Source of the DNA: Myxococcales bacterium
GTDB taxonomy: Bacteria > Myxococcota_A > Polyangia > Polyangiales > Polyangiaceae
Length of the DNA: 64,000 bases
Assembly: GCA_043747615.1 (NCBI GenBank)
Contig: JAYTOU010000037.1
Coordinates: 32,001-96,000, forward strand
Reading direction: 5' to 3'
In this document: positions 19,888 to 28,769 of the stretch, piece after piece
Position numbering within the stretch: position 1 is the stretch's first letter
How the letters are laid out: the number at the start of each line of letters is the position of its first letter
Notes under the pieces: model-generated
Databases searched by the model: none
What the model saw: the letters and a program-made list of their open reading frames with translations, nothing else
What the model was told of the DNA's origin: nothing
Translations under genes and position numbers: made by a program

Positions 19888-20796
19888 CTATACGGCGACA
19901 TCGAACTCTTGCATGTCGAGCTCGGGCGACGCGATTGACTTGTACCCACGCTCGGCAGCCAGCGCGTTGAACCGGTAGGTGAGCCAGCCGGGAATGCAAA
20001 GTGCGAACGTGCGGGCGAGGCGCTCCGGATTGGCGAGGCTCTTGATCATCCGATCGTACAGGACGCGCCCGTACGCACCTTCCACAGCGAGGGCATGCTC
20101 GGGCTTCTCTATCCAGGTGAGCACACCGCGCTTGTCCGCTTCGGGATGAAACTGGGTGCCGTCGATCCCCGGACCGAAGTTCATGCCGAGGATCGCTTCG
20201 CCTGTGTTGACGACGCCTTTGGCGTGCGACTCCATCGCCGTGATCTCGCCGCCGAGCTCCCGCAGGCGCGCCGCGTCGGCGTTGACGGCTTCCCAGTTTC
20301 GGTGCTCCCACGTGAAGAGGCGGTAGCCGAAGGGGCGCAAAAAATCGGCCGATTGGCCACGCTCGGTGAGGTAGGCGGGCATCACTCCGAACTTCAACGT
20401 CGGACGGCGACGCATCTCGCACACCTTGAAATGCAGGACGGCGAGCTCGAAGGAGTGGCAGACGACGAGGAGCTTTGGCGAGGCGACCGCGTCCCTCAAG
20501 TTGGCGGCGCGAACGTCGTCCATGAAGTTGCGAAAGCCGAGACCCCACGCGTCGTCGAAGCCGTCATGCGGAGCGCCTGGCCCCCCTCCCGACAAGATGA
20601 AGTCGTAGCTCGCGTCTGGCAGCTCGCCGAGATTACGCGGCTGAACGTGCTTCGTGGTGACACCGAGCTCCGGATTCGCGGCCGTTACCCGCTTCTGGAA
20701 AGCGTCGATGATGCGACGGAAGCACCGCGTGGCCTGGTTGGCGACGCCATTGTTCATGTCTACGAGGCAAACACGAAGCGTGGGAGAAGCGCTCAT
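19888..20796 (-). CDS. Class I glutamine amidotransferase-like protein
   Basis: SGGGPG, nucleophile elbow VCHSFE, TQFHPE (Cys-His-Glu triad). Confidence 0.85.
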   Translation of the reverse strand: MSASPTLRVCLVDMNNGVANQATRCFRRIIDAFQKRVTAANPELGVTTKHVQPRNLGELPDASYDFILSGGGPGAPHDGFDDAWGLGFRNFMDDVRAANLRDAVASPKLLVVCHSFELAVLHFKVCEMRRRPTLKFGVMPAYLTERGQSADFLRPFGYRLFTWEHRNWEAVNADAARLRELGGEITAMESHAKGVVNTGEAILGMNFGPGIDGTQFHPEADKRGVLTWIEKPEHALAVEGAYGRVLYDRMIKSLANPERLARTFALCIPGWLTYRFNALAAERGYKSIASPELDMQEFDVAV

Positions 20797-20870
20797 TGAC
20801 CTTAACATTGTAGTAAGAACCGGCACCGGTAGCACGAAAACCCGGCTAATGGTGGGTGTTAAGGACTCCG

Positions 20871-22094
20871 ATGAAGAAGGAACGATGCACGGAAACTCGG
20901 GATTCGCAGATCCCCGAAGCGGGAGATCGGCGCAGCGAGCGCCTTTCCACGGTGGGACCCGTCGCGGCGTCCATCGACAGCGGGCACCAGCCGCTCCCGA
21001 TCATCGAGCGGATTGGCGGCGATCCGCGGTTCACGGGCCGGGGCGTCGTAGCGGCATTTCTCGACGCCGGGTTCTACGCGCACCCCGACCTCACGATGCC
21101 GCACTCCCGCATACACGCCTACCATGATCTCATCGGTGGTCACGACGGCACCCCTCTCCTCGATGTGCCGGACGCCTCGTCGTGGCACGGGATGATGTCG
21201 ACGGTGATCGCCGCCGGAAACGGAACGATGTCGCAAGGCCGGTTTCGCTCGCTCGCGCCGGACCTCGGGCTCGTGCTCGTGAAAGTGGGAACCCTCTCGC
21301 GCGTGCACCACGACGACATCGCCCGGGGGATCGAGTGGGCCCTCGTCAACCGCTCGCGCTACGACATCCGGATCCTCAACATTTCCGCGGGTGGCGACTA
21401 CGAAGCTTCGTACCTCGACGACGTCATGTCGCGCTTCGCGGAAGCGGCCATTCGAGCCGGAATCGTGGTGATCGCGGCCGTCGGCAACAGCGGCCATCGC
21501 CCAGGCTACGTAGTGCCGCCCGCGAGCGTGCCCGCGGTCATCAGCGTGGGGGGGCTCGACGACGCAGGCGATCCCGAGCGCGGGCGCGTCACCGGATACC
21601 GCTCCTCGTACGGTCCGACGATCGACGGTCTGCAAAAGCCAGAGGTGATCACGCTCGCCGATTGGCTCCCTGCACCGATTCTTCCGGGGACGCCGACCTC
21701 GAAGCAGGCGGTGCTCCTCGCGAAGCTTCATAAGACCCCAGACGACCAGCTCCGCAACGTGATCGAAAAATACCGCGGAGTCTTCGCCGCCCTCGACGAA
21801 GCGAGGGACCAGCCCGCGTACTTGATCCGGCAGATCATCGCCGCCGGATTGAAGGACGGGCTGGTCATCAACGAGCACTACAAGATGGTCGACGGCACCA
21901 GCTTCTCGGCGCCCATCGTGACGAGCGTCGTCGCCCAAATGCTCGAGGCGAACCCGCGGCTCAGGCCATCGGACGTGAAACGCATTCTTCTTCAGACCGC
22001 GAAGCGGCTCCCGAACCTGGAGGTAGACCGCCAAGGCTGGGGCGCGGTCCAACCGAGGGCCGCCGTCGCGCGCGCCCTCGAGTGGGCAAAATAA
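20871..22094 (+). CDS. S8 (subtilase) serine peptidase, no signal peptide
   Basis: GRGVVAAFLDAG (Asp), WHG (His), AAVGNSG, DGTSFSAP (Ser); start uncertain. Confidence 0.9.
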   Translation: MKKERCTETRDSQIPEAGDRRSERLSTVGPVAASIDSGHQPLPIIERIGGDPRFTGRGVVAAFLDAGFYAHPDLTMPHSRIHAYHDLIGGHDGTPLLDVPDASSWHGMMSTVIAAGNGTMSQGRFRSLAPDLGLVLVKVGTLSRVHHDDIARGIEWALVNRSRYDIRILNISAGGDYEASYLDDVMSRFAEAAIRAGIVVIAAVGNSGHRPGYVVPPASVPAVISVGGLDDAGDPERGRVTGYRSSYGPTIDGLQKPEVITLADWLPAPILPGTPTSKQAVLLAKLHKTPDDQLRNVIEKYRGVFAALDEARDQPAYLIRQIIAAGLKDGLVINEHYKMVDGTSFSAPIVTSVVAQMLEANPRLRPSDVKRILLQTAKRLPNLEVDRQGWGAVQPRAAVARALEWAK

Positions 22095-22110
22095 GGCTCG
22101 CTAAGGCCGC

Positions 22111-23268
22111 CTACGGGTGGTGACGGTGGCGGTCCTTCGGGCCGACTTTCAAGAAGCCGTGCTCCTCGAAGTCGACGATCATTTTTTGGATGTGCTCCAT
22201 GTCGAGCTCGCGGCCGAGCGCGCGGGCGGCGCGGCGGAGAATTTTTCGCTCCGGGAGACCGACCTCTTTGTCGACGGCGGCTGCAACTTCGAGGGCATGG
22301 AGAAAGCCGTCGCGCATGTGCTCGGGGACCTCGATGGCGATGCGCTCTTTCCAATCGGTCTCGTCTTCTACGAAGCGCGCGGTCACCGCACGGCGCATCA
22401 CTGGATCGAGCTTCTGCAGCTGGTGCGCGAGGCACGCGGTCTCTTCCGGGGCGAGCTTGCCGTCGGCGGTGAAGATGAACCACATACCTTCGATCAGGAG
22501 ATCGAGGTGCCCGCTGCACATGGCCTCGGCCTGGATCAGCGCGTCGTGCATCGCGCGCTGGTAGCGCATGTAGCGACGAAGGGTGTCGCCGAGGCGCCGG
22601 GTGAGCGTGTAGTTGGTGAAGGCCGAGGACGCGATTCCGAGAACCGGGATGATGTTGCGCATCACGCTCTCGCCGAGGACCCGGTGCCCGATGCGCTCCC
22701 CCACTTGCTCGCCCTCGAGGTGGGAGACCTCGTGAACCAGGTCTTTTCCAGGGTCTTCCGAGCCCGCTTCGTGATCGTGCGTACCAAAGGCGAGCGCGTA
22801 GAGGCGCCATAGATCGCCCTGATCATTTGGGTCGAAGCGTACGCCGAAGATGTCGGCGAGCTCGCACGTGAGATCGATGTGGACGAGCGAGCGGTACATC
22901 ATCTCGCCGCCGATGGTGACCGCCGCGATGGGCATGGCCACGATGCCGCCGAGCCCCTCGGTCTGCGCAGTGAAGAAGGTGGCGCCGGTGGAGACCATAC
23001 CCGCAGAAGCGCCGGTTACCGCGCTCTTCACCGCCGCCCAGCGGATGGCCCTGCGGGCGAGCTCGGGAGCGTCTCTCTCAGCGTCTGCGGAAGCGCTCTG
23101 GGCGCCCGCATGGCTTCGCTTTGCCTCGTGGCGTATCAAATACCAGCTGACGAGCTTCGGGAACCAGCCTTTCGCCGGGACGTTCTTCCCCGCAACTCCC
23201 ACCTGCTTGGCGAGTGCCTCTGGAGATGCGGAAATATCCTCGAAAACCGCTTCTTGGGACACTGTCAT
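22111..23268 (-). CDS. Hypothetical protein with EcsC-like N-terminal and TerB-like C-terminal regions
   Basis: Gly/Ala-rich hairpin, IPVLG..S..N; ADGKLAPEE and AVDKEVGLPERKILRRAARALG resemble TerB repeats. Confidence 0.6.
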   Translation of the reverse strand: MTVSQEAVFEDISASPEALAKQVGVAGKNVPAKGWFPKLVSWYLIRHEAKRSHAGAQSASADAERDAPELARRAIRWAAVKSAVTGASAGMVSTGATFFTAQTEGLGGIVAMPIAAVTIGGEMMYRSLVHIDLTCELADIFGVRFDPNDQGDLWRLYALAFGTHDHEAGSEDPGKDLVHEVSHLEGEQVGERIGHRVLGESVMRNIIPVLGIASSAFTNYTLTRRLGDTLRRYMRYQRAMHDALIQAEAMCSGHLDLLIEGMWFIFTADGKLAPEETACLAHQLQKLDPVMRRAVTARFVEDETDWKERIAIEVPEHMRDGFLHALEVAAAVDKEVGLPERKILRRAARALGRELDMEHIQKMIVDFEEHGFLKVGPKDRHRHHP

Positions 23269-23393
23269 CGGAGTTCAACTCTACCGGGAAATCGCCCTGA
23301 CGTCCGCGCCAATTATGATACGGTCAAGGTTTCCGCTAATTCTCGCGAGGGCACCAAATCACCGGCGTTCGAGCGCACAGGAGACCGTCTGAC

Positions 23394-23672
23394 ATGATCG
23401 GCGTTGGCATTGGATTCGTGGCGGGGTTTGCGAGTGGGTGGGCCGTCCGGAGCACCGTGGACACCTCGCGCGGCGTGGCAGTGAAAATGGTCGCGGCCTA
23501 TTACGCGACCACGGAGCGCGCAAAGCGGCTCGTCGCAATGGAACGAGAGCACCTCGAAGACCTCGTCGCCGAAGCGCGCGCCAGGTACGAGGGCGATCGC
23601 GCACGGAAGGCGGCAAAGAAGGGTGCCCCGCCGCGCTCCGCCGACGCGCCCCGAGCCGAACGAGCCGCGTGA
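23394..23672 (+). CDS. Small membrane protein with tandem GxxxG motifs (FezA / DUF5132-like)
   Basis: CAGGAG RBS; GIGFVAGFASG helix followed by EHLEDLVAEARA coiled segment. Confidence 0.75.
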   Translation: MIGVGIGFVAGFASGWAVRSTVDTSRGVAVKMVAAYYATTERAKRLVAMEREHLEDLVAEARARYEGDRARKAAKKGAPPRSADAPRAERAA

Positions 23673-24277
23673 ACCCGTCCCTTCCCGACGGGAGGGATGC
23701 ACCTGCCGGCCGCGAACGTGAAGCGCTCGTCATCGTCCATCACCATCCCGGTCGCATTCGCGTCAGGGCCGAGACGTTTCGCTACGGCGCGACGATCCTC
23801 GACCTGGTGCGCTCGAAGCTCGAAGCGATGCCGGGGATCATCCGTGTAACGAACAGTAGCCGCTCGGGCAGCATGCTCGTCGAGTACGAGCCGGGGCACG
23901 CTGAGCCCGATGCGATCCTCGGCGGCATCGCCGACGCCGCTGGGCTCGATCGGGCGATCGACGAGCGTGAGGCGAGAAGGCGTGATCCGGGACCGGGACT
24001 TGTCGCGGTCGAGGTGGTGCAAGAGCTCAACGCGATCGCGCACGAGCTCACCGGGTGGCGCGCCGACCTGCGCGTGATGGTACCCACCGCGCTCGCCGGG
24101 CTTGCTGCCGTGTCGTTCGCCGTTTCGAAGGAGACTCGCATTCCCCGCTGGGACAACCTTCTTTACTGGTCGTACACCATTTTTTCGTCGCTCCATCGCC
24201 AGGAGATCGAGCGCGTGCAGCAAGCGGTCGAAAAGGCCGGGGGTGCGTCCACGCCCTCCTCGATCCGGACTCCGTGA
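23669..24277 (+). CDS. HMA2-like (R-rich motif) domain membrane protein
   Basis: IVHHHPGRIRVR..SGSMLVEYEP; C-terminal DLR..P TM and PRWDNLLYW; GTGA overlap. Confidence 0.78.
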   Translation: MNPSLPDGRDAPAGREREALVIVHHHPGRIRVRAETFRYGATILDLVRSKLEAMPGIIRVTNSSRSGSMLVEYEPGHAEPDAILGGIADAAGLDRAIDEREARRRDPGPGLVAVEVVQELNAIAHELTGWRADLRVMVPTALAGLAAVSFAVSKETRIPRWDNLLYWSYTIFSSLHRQEIERVQQAVEKAGGASTPSSIRTP

Positions 24278-26658
24278 CCGCAAAAGCAGCGCTCAGCACC
24301 GAGCTAGACGTTCAGAGCATTGGTCGAGACCGGGTGCGGATTCGGCCGCAGCAACTCGCCGTCGGCGCTCCCACCGGCGAAGTGCGCGAGCTCATGCAAT
24401 GGCTCTCGGCACGACGCGAGGTCGTTGGCGTCGAGTACCACGAGGACACCGGATCAATCGAAGTCGCTTACCGCGACGCCGCGGGATCCGGCGCGTTCGT
24501 CCGCAGTCTGCGCGATCGCGTGTTCACCCTCGCCCGTCCCGCTCCGGTCAGCGACTTTCGCGTCGAGCTTGCGCACTCGCTCGCAGGGCGCGCCCGCCTT
24601 CGCCTGATCGGCGCGAGCGCTGAACAAAATTCGCGGCTCGCCGCCTGGGTGGGCGCTCAACCCGGAATCATCCGGGCCAGCGCATCGCCTGCGAGCCAGT
24701 CGATCCTCGTGCAGTTCGATCCCGATCTCATCACCGCAAAAAATCTGCTCGCGGCGATCTCCGAGAGCGATCCCTTGGGTTGGCCCGCCGCCCCGCCGGA
24801 GCCGAAACGTACGCAGTGGGGGACGACAGCGTTCAATACGGCGGTCCTGGCGACGGCGTTCTCGGGTCTCGCGCCGGCACCGGCGATGGCTGCAGCGGTC
24901 GTCATCACCGCGCTCCCCTCGGCGCGTCGCGCCCTCCGTGCGCTCGGAGAAAAGCGGGTCGGCGTCGACATGCTCGACGTTGCGGCCATCGGAATTTCGA
25001 TCGGCACCGGTCAACCCGGCACTGCCGCCTTCATCACCTGGCTCCTCGGTCTGGGAGACCTCGTCCTCGAGCACACTGGCGATCGCGCGCGCGACGCCAT
25101 CTCCAAGCTCATGAAGCTCGACGCCTCCGACGCGTGGCGCATCCGCGAGGTAAGCGGCGAGGAGACCGTCGAAAAGGTCTCGGTGAAGAAGCTCTCCGTC
25201 GGCGATCGCATCGTCATCGATCCCGGACAGCGCGTCGCCGCCGACGGCATCGTGGTGCGCGGCGTGGCCCTCACCGACGAAAAAGCCCTTACCGGTGAAT
25301 CCATTCCGCAGGAGAAAAGGCAGGGCGATCGCGTGCTCGCGGCGTCGGTCGTCGTCGAGGGACAGATCGTCGTCGAGATCGATCGCACCGGCAAAGATAC
25401 GACGGCCGCGAAGATCGTGCAGATCCTCGAAGGCGCGGGCGCCAAGCCGATGACCCTCCAGCGCAACGCCGAAAAAGTGGCCGACCGCCTCGTGCTCCCC
25501 ACCTTCGGTATCGCCGGGGGCGCCGCCCTCTTCGCCTCCCAGATCGATCGCATGACGAGCGTGCTCATCACCGATTTCGGCACCGGCATCCGGATCGCGG
25601 TTCCGACGAGCGCGCTCACCGCGATGACGATCGCCGCACGCCAAGGCGTTCTCGTGAAGGGCGGACAATTCCTCGAGCGCTTGGCAAAGGCCGACGCCAT
25701 CGTCTTCGACAAGACGGGCACACTCACCGGCGGCGCACCTAGCGTCTTCGAGGTCATCGCCCTCGGCGAGCTCGACGCCGAAGAGAGCGTGGCCCTCGCC
25801 GCGGCGGCAGAAGCTCGGCAGCAACATCCGATCGCCGAAGCCATTCGCCGTTACGCGGTGCACCGCGGCGTCTCCGTCCCCGACGCCGATTTCGGGAGCG
25901 AAGCGTACAGCATCGGAATCGGACTCCGCGCCTCCGTCGATCAGCGGGAAGTGCTGGTTGGTGGGCGTCGCCTGATGGAGCGGCACGGCATCTCCTCGGA
26001 GCCCGCGAGCTCGATCCTCGAGCGGCACCGCGAGCTCGGCGCCTCATCGATCTTCGTGGCCATCGAGGGAAGGCTCGAAGCGGTCATCGGATACGCCGAC
26101 GAGCCGCGACCCGAGAGCGCCGCTGTGGTGCGCGCGCTCAAGGCCAATGGCCGCCGCGAGATCATTCTCATGTCCGGAGACGCCCGCGGGCCGGTGGATG
26201 CGGTCGCCAAGGCCATCGGCGTCGACCGCGCGCTTTTCGAGCTGCTTCCGGAGGAAAAGGCCGCCCATGTTCGCGCTCTGCAGCGCGAAGGAAAAATCGT
26301 GGCGATGGTGGGCGATGGCATCAACGATGCTCCCGCGCTCGCAGTCGCGGACGTCGGAATTTCTCTGGAGGGCGGCACCGACGTGGCCCTCGAAACGGCG
26401 GACGTAGTGCTCCTCGAGGGAGGCCTCTTGCGATTGCCGCATGCCTTCGACATCGCCGACGAAGCCATGGCTCACGTGAGACGCGGGCTCGGCCTCGTGC
26501 TCGTGCCAAATGGCGTGGCCATCGTCCTCGGCGCGCTCGGGCTCATCAGTCCAGGCGTCGCGGCAGTCGTCAACAATGGCTCCACTGTGGTCGCTGCCGT
26601 TACCGCCCTCGCACCGCTCTTGAAGAAGAGCCCGAGACGCGCGAAGCTCCTCACGTGA
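24274..26658 (+). CDS. Heavy-metal P1B-type ATPase with atypical DFGTG metal-site helix
   Basis: LTGES, DKTGTLT, HP, GDGINDAPAL; TDFGTGIR where CPC is usual; NNGST in the last helix; two N-terminal R-rich domains (GRDRVRIR, HSLAGRARLR). Confidence 0.93.
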   Translation: MTAKAALSTELDVQSIGRDRVRIRPQQLAVGAPTGEVRELMQWLSARREVVGVEYHEDTGSIEVAYRDAAGSGAFVRSLRDRVFTLARPAPVSDFRVELAHSLAGRARLRLIGASAEQNSRLAAWVGAQPGIIRASASPASQSILVQFDPDLITAKNLLAAISESDPLGWPAAPPEPKRTQWGTTAFNTAVLATAFSGLAPAPAMAAAVVITALPSARRALRALGEKRVGVDMLDVAAIGISIGTGQPGTAAFITWLLGLGDLVLEHTGDRARDAISKLMKLDASDAWRIREVSGEETVEKVSVKKLSVGDRIVIDPGQRVAADGIVVRGVALTDEKALTGESIPQEKRQGDRVLAASVVVEGQIVVEIDRTGKDTTAAKIVQILEGAGAKPMTLQRNAEKVADRLVLPTFGIAGGAALFASQIDRMTSVLITDFGTGIRIAVPTSALTAMTIAARQGVLVKGGQFLERLAKADAIVFDKTGTLTGGAPSVFEVIALGELDAEESVALAAAAEARQQHPIAEAIRRYAVHRGVSVPDADFGSEAYSIGIGLRASVDQREVLVGGRRLMERHGISSEPASSILERHRELGASSIFVAIEGRLEAVIGYADEPRPESAAVVRALKANGRREIILMSGDARGPVDAVAKAIGVDRALFELLPEEKAAHVRALQREGKIVAMVGDGINDAPALAVADVGISLEGGTDVALETADVVLLEGGLLRLPHAFDIADEAMAHVRRGLGLVLVPNGVAIVLGALGLISPGVAAVVNNGSTVVAAVTALAPLLKKSPRRAKLLT

Positions 26659-27101
26659 CGTCCGAGAAATTGAGCCCTGAAGTCCGACGGATCGTGCGCC
26701 GAGCGAGGATCACCAGCGCCGTCGTTGGGGTGATCCTTTCGCCGATTCCGCTCGCTGACGAGCTCGTTCTTCTCCCGGTGTACGGCCTGATGAGCGACCG
26801 CATCGGGAAGCACTATGGCCTCCCCACGTCGGAAATTCCCTGGCGGCCGATCATATGGACAACCTGCGCGGGGCTCGCGGCACGAGCGGCGATCAACTTG
26901 ACGGTGTCGTTCATTCCCGGCGTCGCGGCCGTGGCCAACGCCGCCAGCGCCGCTGCGCTCACCCAGCTGCTCGGTCGCTACGTCGACGCAGCGTGCAAGA
27001 ATCCGGCGGGGACGCGCGTTCTCAGCATGCGCGACTTCGCCAATCAGTTCCGGGACATGAAGGCGGGTGTCCCCGTGAACCGACCCGAGTCTGCGGCATG
27101 A
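26655..27101 (+). CDS. DUF697-like small membrane protein
   Basis: SPIPLAD..L..M..RIGKHYG, FIPGVAAVANA pattern; GTGA overlap with the ATPase. Confidence 0.65.
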   Translation: MTSEKLSPEVRRIVRRARITSAVVGVILSPIPLADELVLLPVYGLMSDRIGKHYGLPTSEIPWRPIIWTTCAGLAARAAINLTVSFIPGVAAVANAASAAALTQLLGRYVDAACKNPAGTRVLSMRDFANQFRDMKAGVPVNRPESAA

Positions 27102-27120
27102 GTGTGAGGGGGGGGGCGCA

Positions 27121-28140
27121 ATGAGCACCGGAACGGACGATGATGACGTTGGAATGGAGGACTCCGCCGAGGTCGCGCGAAAGCGTGTGGGCACGACACT
27201 CAGGGACGTGTGGCGCGTGCTTCGACCTCTCGGCTGCGGAGGGACGGCATGGGTGTACGTCGGCGCCGGATCGAGCGGCAGCCTCGTGGCGATCAAGGTG
27301 CTCCACAGCCGTCTGGCCACCCACGAGGAGGTGACCTCCCGGTTCATGCGCGAGGCCGAGGTCGCCAAGGTCATCAACCATCCTGGTGTCGTGCAAATGT
27401 ACGACGAAGGAATGTCGGACGACGACGTTCCCTTCATGGTGATGGAGCTCCTCGAAGGAGAGACGCTCGAGGAACGGCGGCTGCGAAAAGGGGGAAAGCT
27501 CCCGGTGGACGAGGTCTTGTGGGCCACGGACCAGATCCTCGGGATCCTCATGAGCGCCCATAAAAAAGGCGTCGTTCATCGCGACATCAAGCCCGAAAAT
27601 ATTTTTCTCACGACGAAGAACGAGATCAAAGTCCTCGACTTCGGGATCGCGCGTTACAGGTCCGGGGAGAGCAGCGCCGCGACGAAAATCGGGTCGATGC
27701 TCGGCAGCCTCCACTACATGCCGCCCGAGCAGGGGCGCGGCGACTGGGACAAGGTCGGCGTGCAGACCGATCTGTGGGCGGTCGGAGCGACCATGTTCGC
27801 GCTCATCGCAGGTCGACCCGTCCACGATGAGAAGGACCTGATGTCGCAGCTCGAGGCGATCACCCGGAGCCCCGCTCCCTCGCTCGACAAGTATGCCCCC
27901 GAGGTGAGCGAGACGGTGGCCCTCCTCGTGGCGCAAGCTCTTCAGTTCGACTCGCACCGGCGCTGGAGCGACGCCGCAACGATGCAGCTCGCGCTCCGCA
28001 TCACCTATCACTCGGGCGACAACGGGACGATGCCCGGGAGCGACGAGGAAGCGGTCGACAGCCTTCGCGCAGTCGACCGGCCGCGGATTTTTTCTGCGCC
28101 GACCCTGCCCCCCTTCTCTAGGAGAAATGACAAGCCCTGA
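27121..28140 (+). CDS. Ser/Thr protein kinase (cytoplasmic)
   Basis: LGCGG..VY, VAIKVL, HRDIKPEN, DFGIA, YMPPEQ, DLWAVG. Confidence 0.95.
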   Translation: MSTGTDDDDVGMEDSAEVARKRVGTTLRDVWRVLRPLGCGGTAWVYVGAGSSGSLVAIKVLHSRLATHEEVTSRFMREAEVAKVINHPGVVQMYDEGMSDDDVPFMVMELLEGETLEERRLRKGGKLPVDEVLWATDQILGILMSAHKKGVVHRDIKPENIFLTTKNEIKVLDFGIARYRSGESSAATKIGSMLGSLHYMPPEQGRGDWDKVGVQTDLWAVGATMFALIAGRPVHDEKDLMSQLEAITRSPAPSLDKYAPEVSETVALLVAQALQFDSHRRWSDAATMQLALRITYHSGDNGTMPGSDEEAVDSLRAVDRPRIFSAPTLPPFSRRNDKP

Positions 28141-28259
28141 CGCGGCAAACTGGATCCCCTCCCTGGATCACGGCGATCGCGCTTCCGATCGTCTCCGTCC
28201 ATAACGTATGTAATTTCGGCTGATCTCCCTACGGCATACAGCTTGCTCAACAGGGTGGA

Positions 28260-28754
28260 ATGACGTCCAAACTGGTGACCACCGCCGTGACTCTCGGGCT
28301 CGGATTCGTTCTCCTTCACTGCGGGACGGCCGCTGATTCGCCAACGGACACCTCGGACGACCCGCTCCGCGGCTGTGCGGGCAAGGCCTCGCACGTCATC
28401 CCGGCGTCGAATGAATATGAGCTCACGTCGTTCGGCTTCAGCAGCGGCGACGACGGGATCATGTCCTGCGGCTCCTTCACGAAGCATGGCTCCTGGTATT
28501 ACGCGGCATCGCGCCAGCGTTACGGGTGCGGCGCGCGGATCAAAATCGAAGCGAACGGAAAATGCGTCGTCGCCCAGACCGATGACTACGGCCCCGACAT
28601 CTGCGTGGAGACGCGAGCAAAGTCACCGATCATCGACGCCTCGCCGCTGGTCTCGGAGCACCTGTTCGGAGTGATGTCCGCGGGATGGTCCGATCACTTC
28701 AAGGTCACGGTCACCGAGGTCGACAAGACCACGCCGCTCGGTATTTGCCCCTAG
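28260..28754 (+). CDS. Cys-rich lipoprotein with double-psi beta-barrel (RlpA/expansin-like) domain
   Basis: Lipobox-like LLHC; SCG..YAAS..CGARIKI..NGKCVVAQTDDYGP..IIDASP. Confidence 0.65.
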   Translation: MTSKLVTTAVTLGLGFVLLHCGTAADSPTDTSDDPLRGCAGKASHVIPASNEYELTSFGFSSGDDGIMSCGSFTKHGSWYYAASRQRYGCGARIKIEANGKCVVAQTDDYGPDICVETRAKSPIIDASPLVSEHLFGVMSAGWSDHFKVTVTEVDKTTPLGICP

Positions 28755-28769
28755 CATTCGCGCCGCCGC

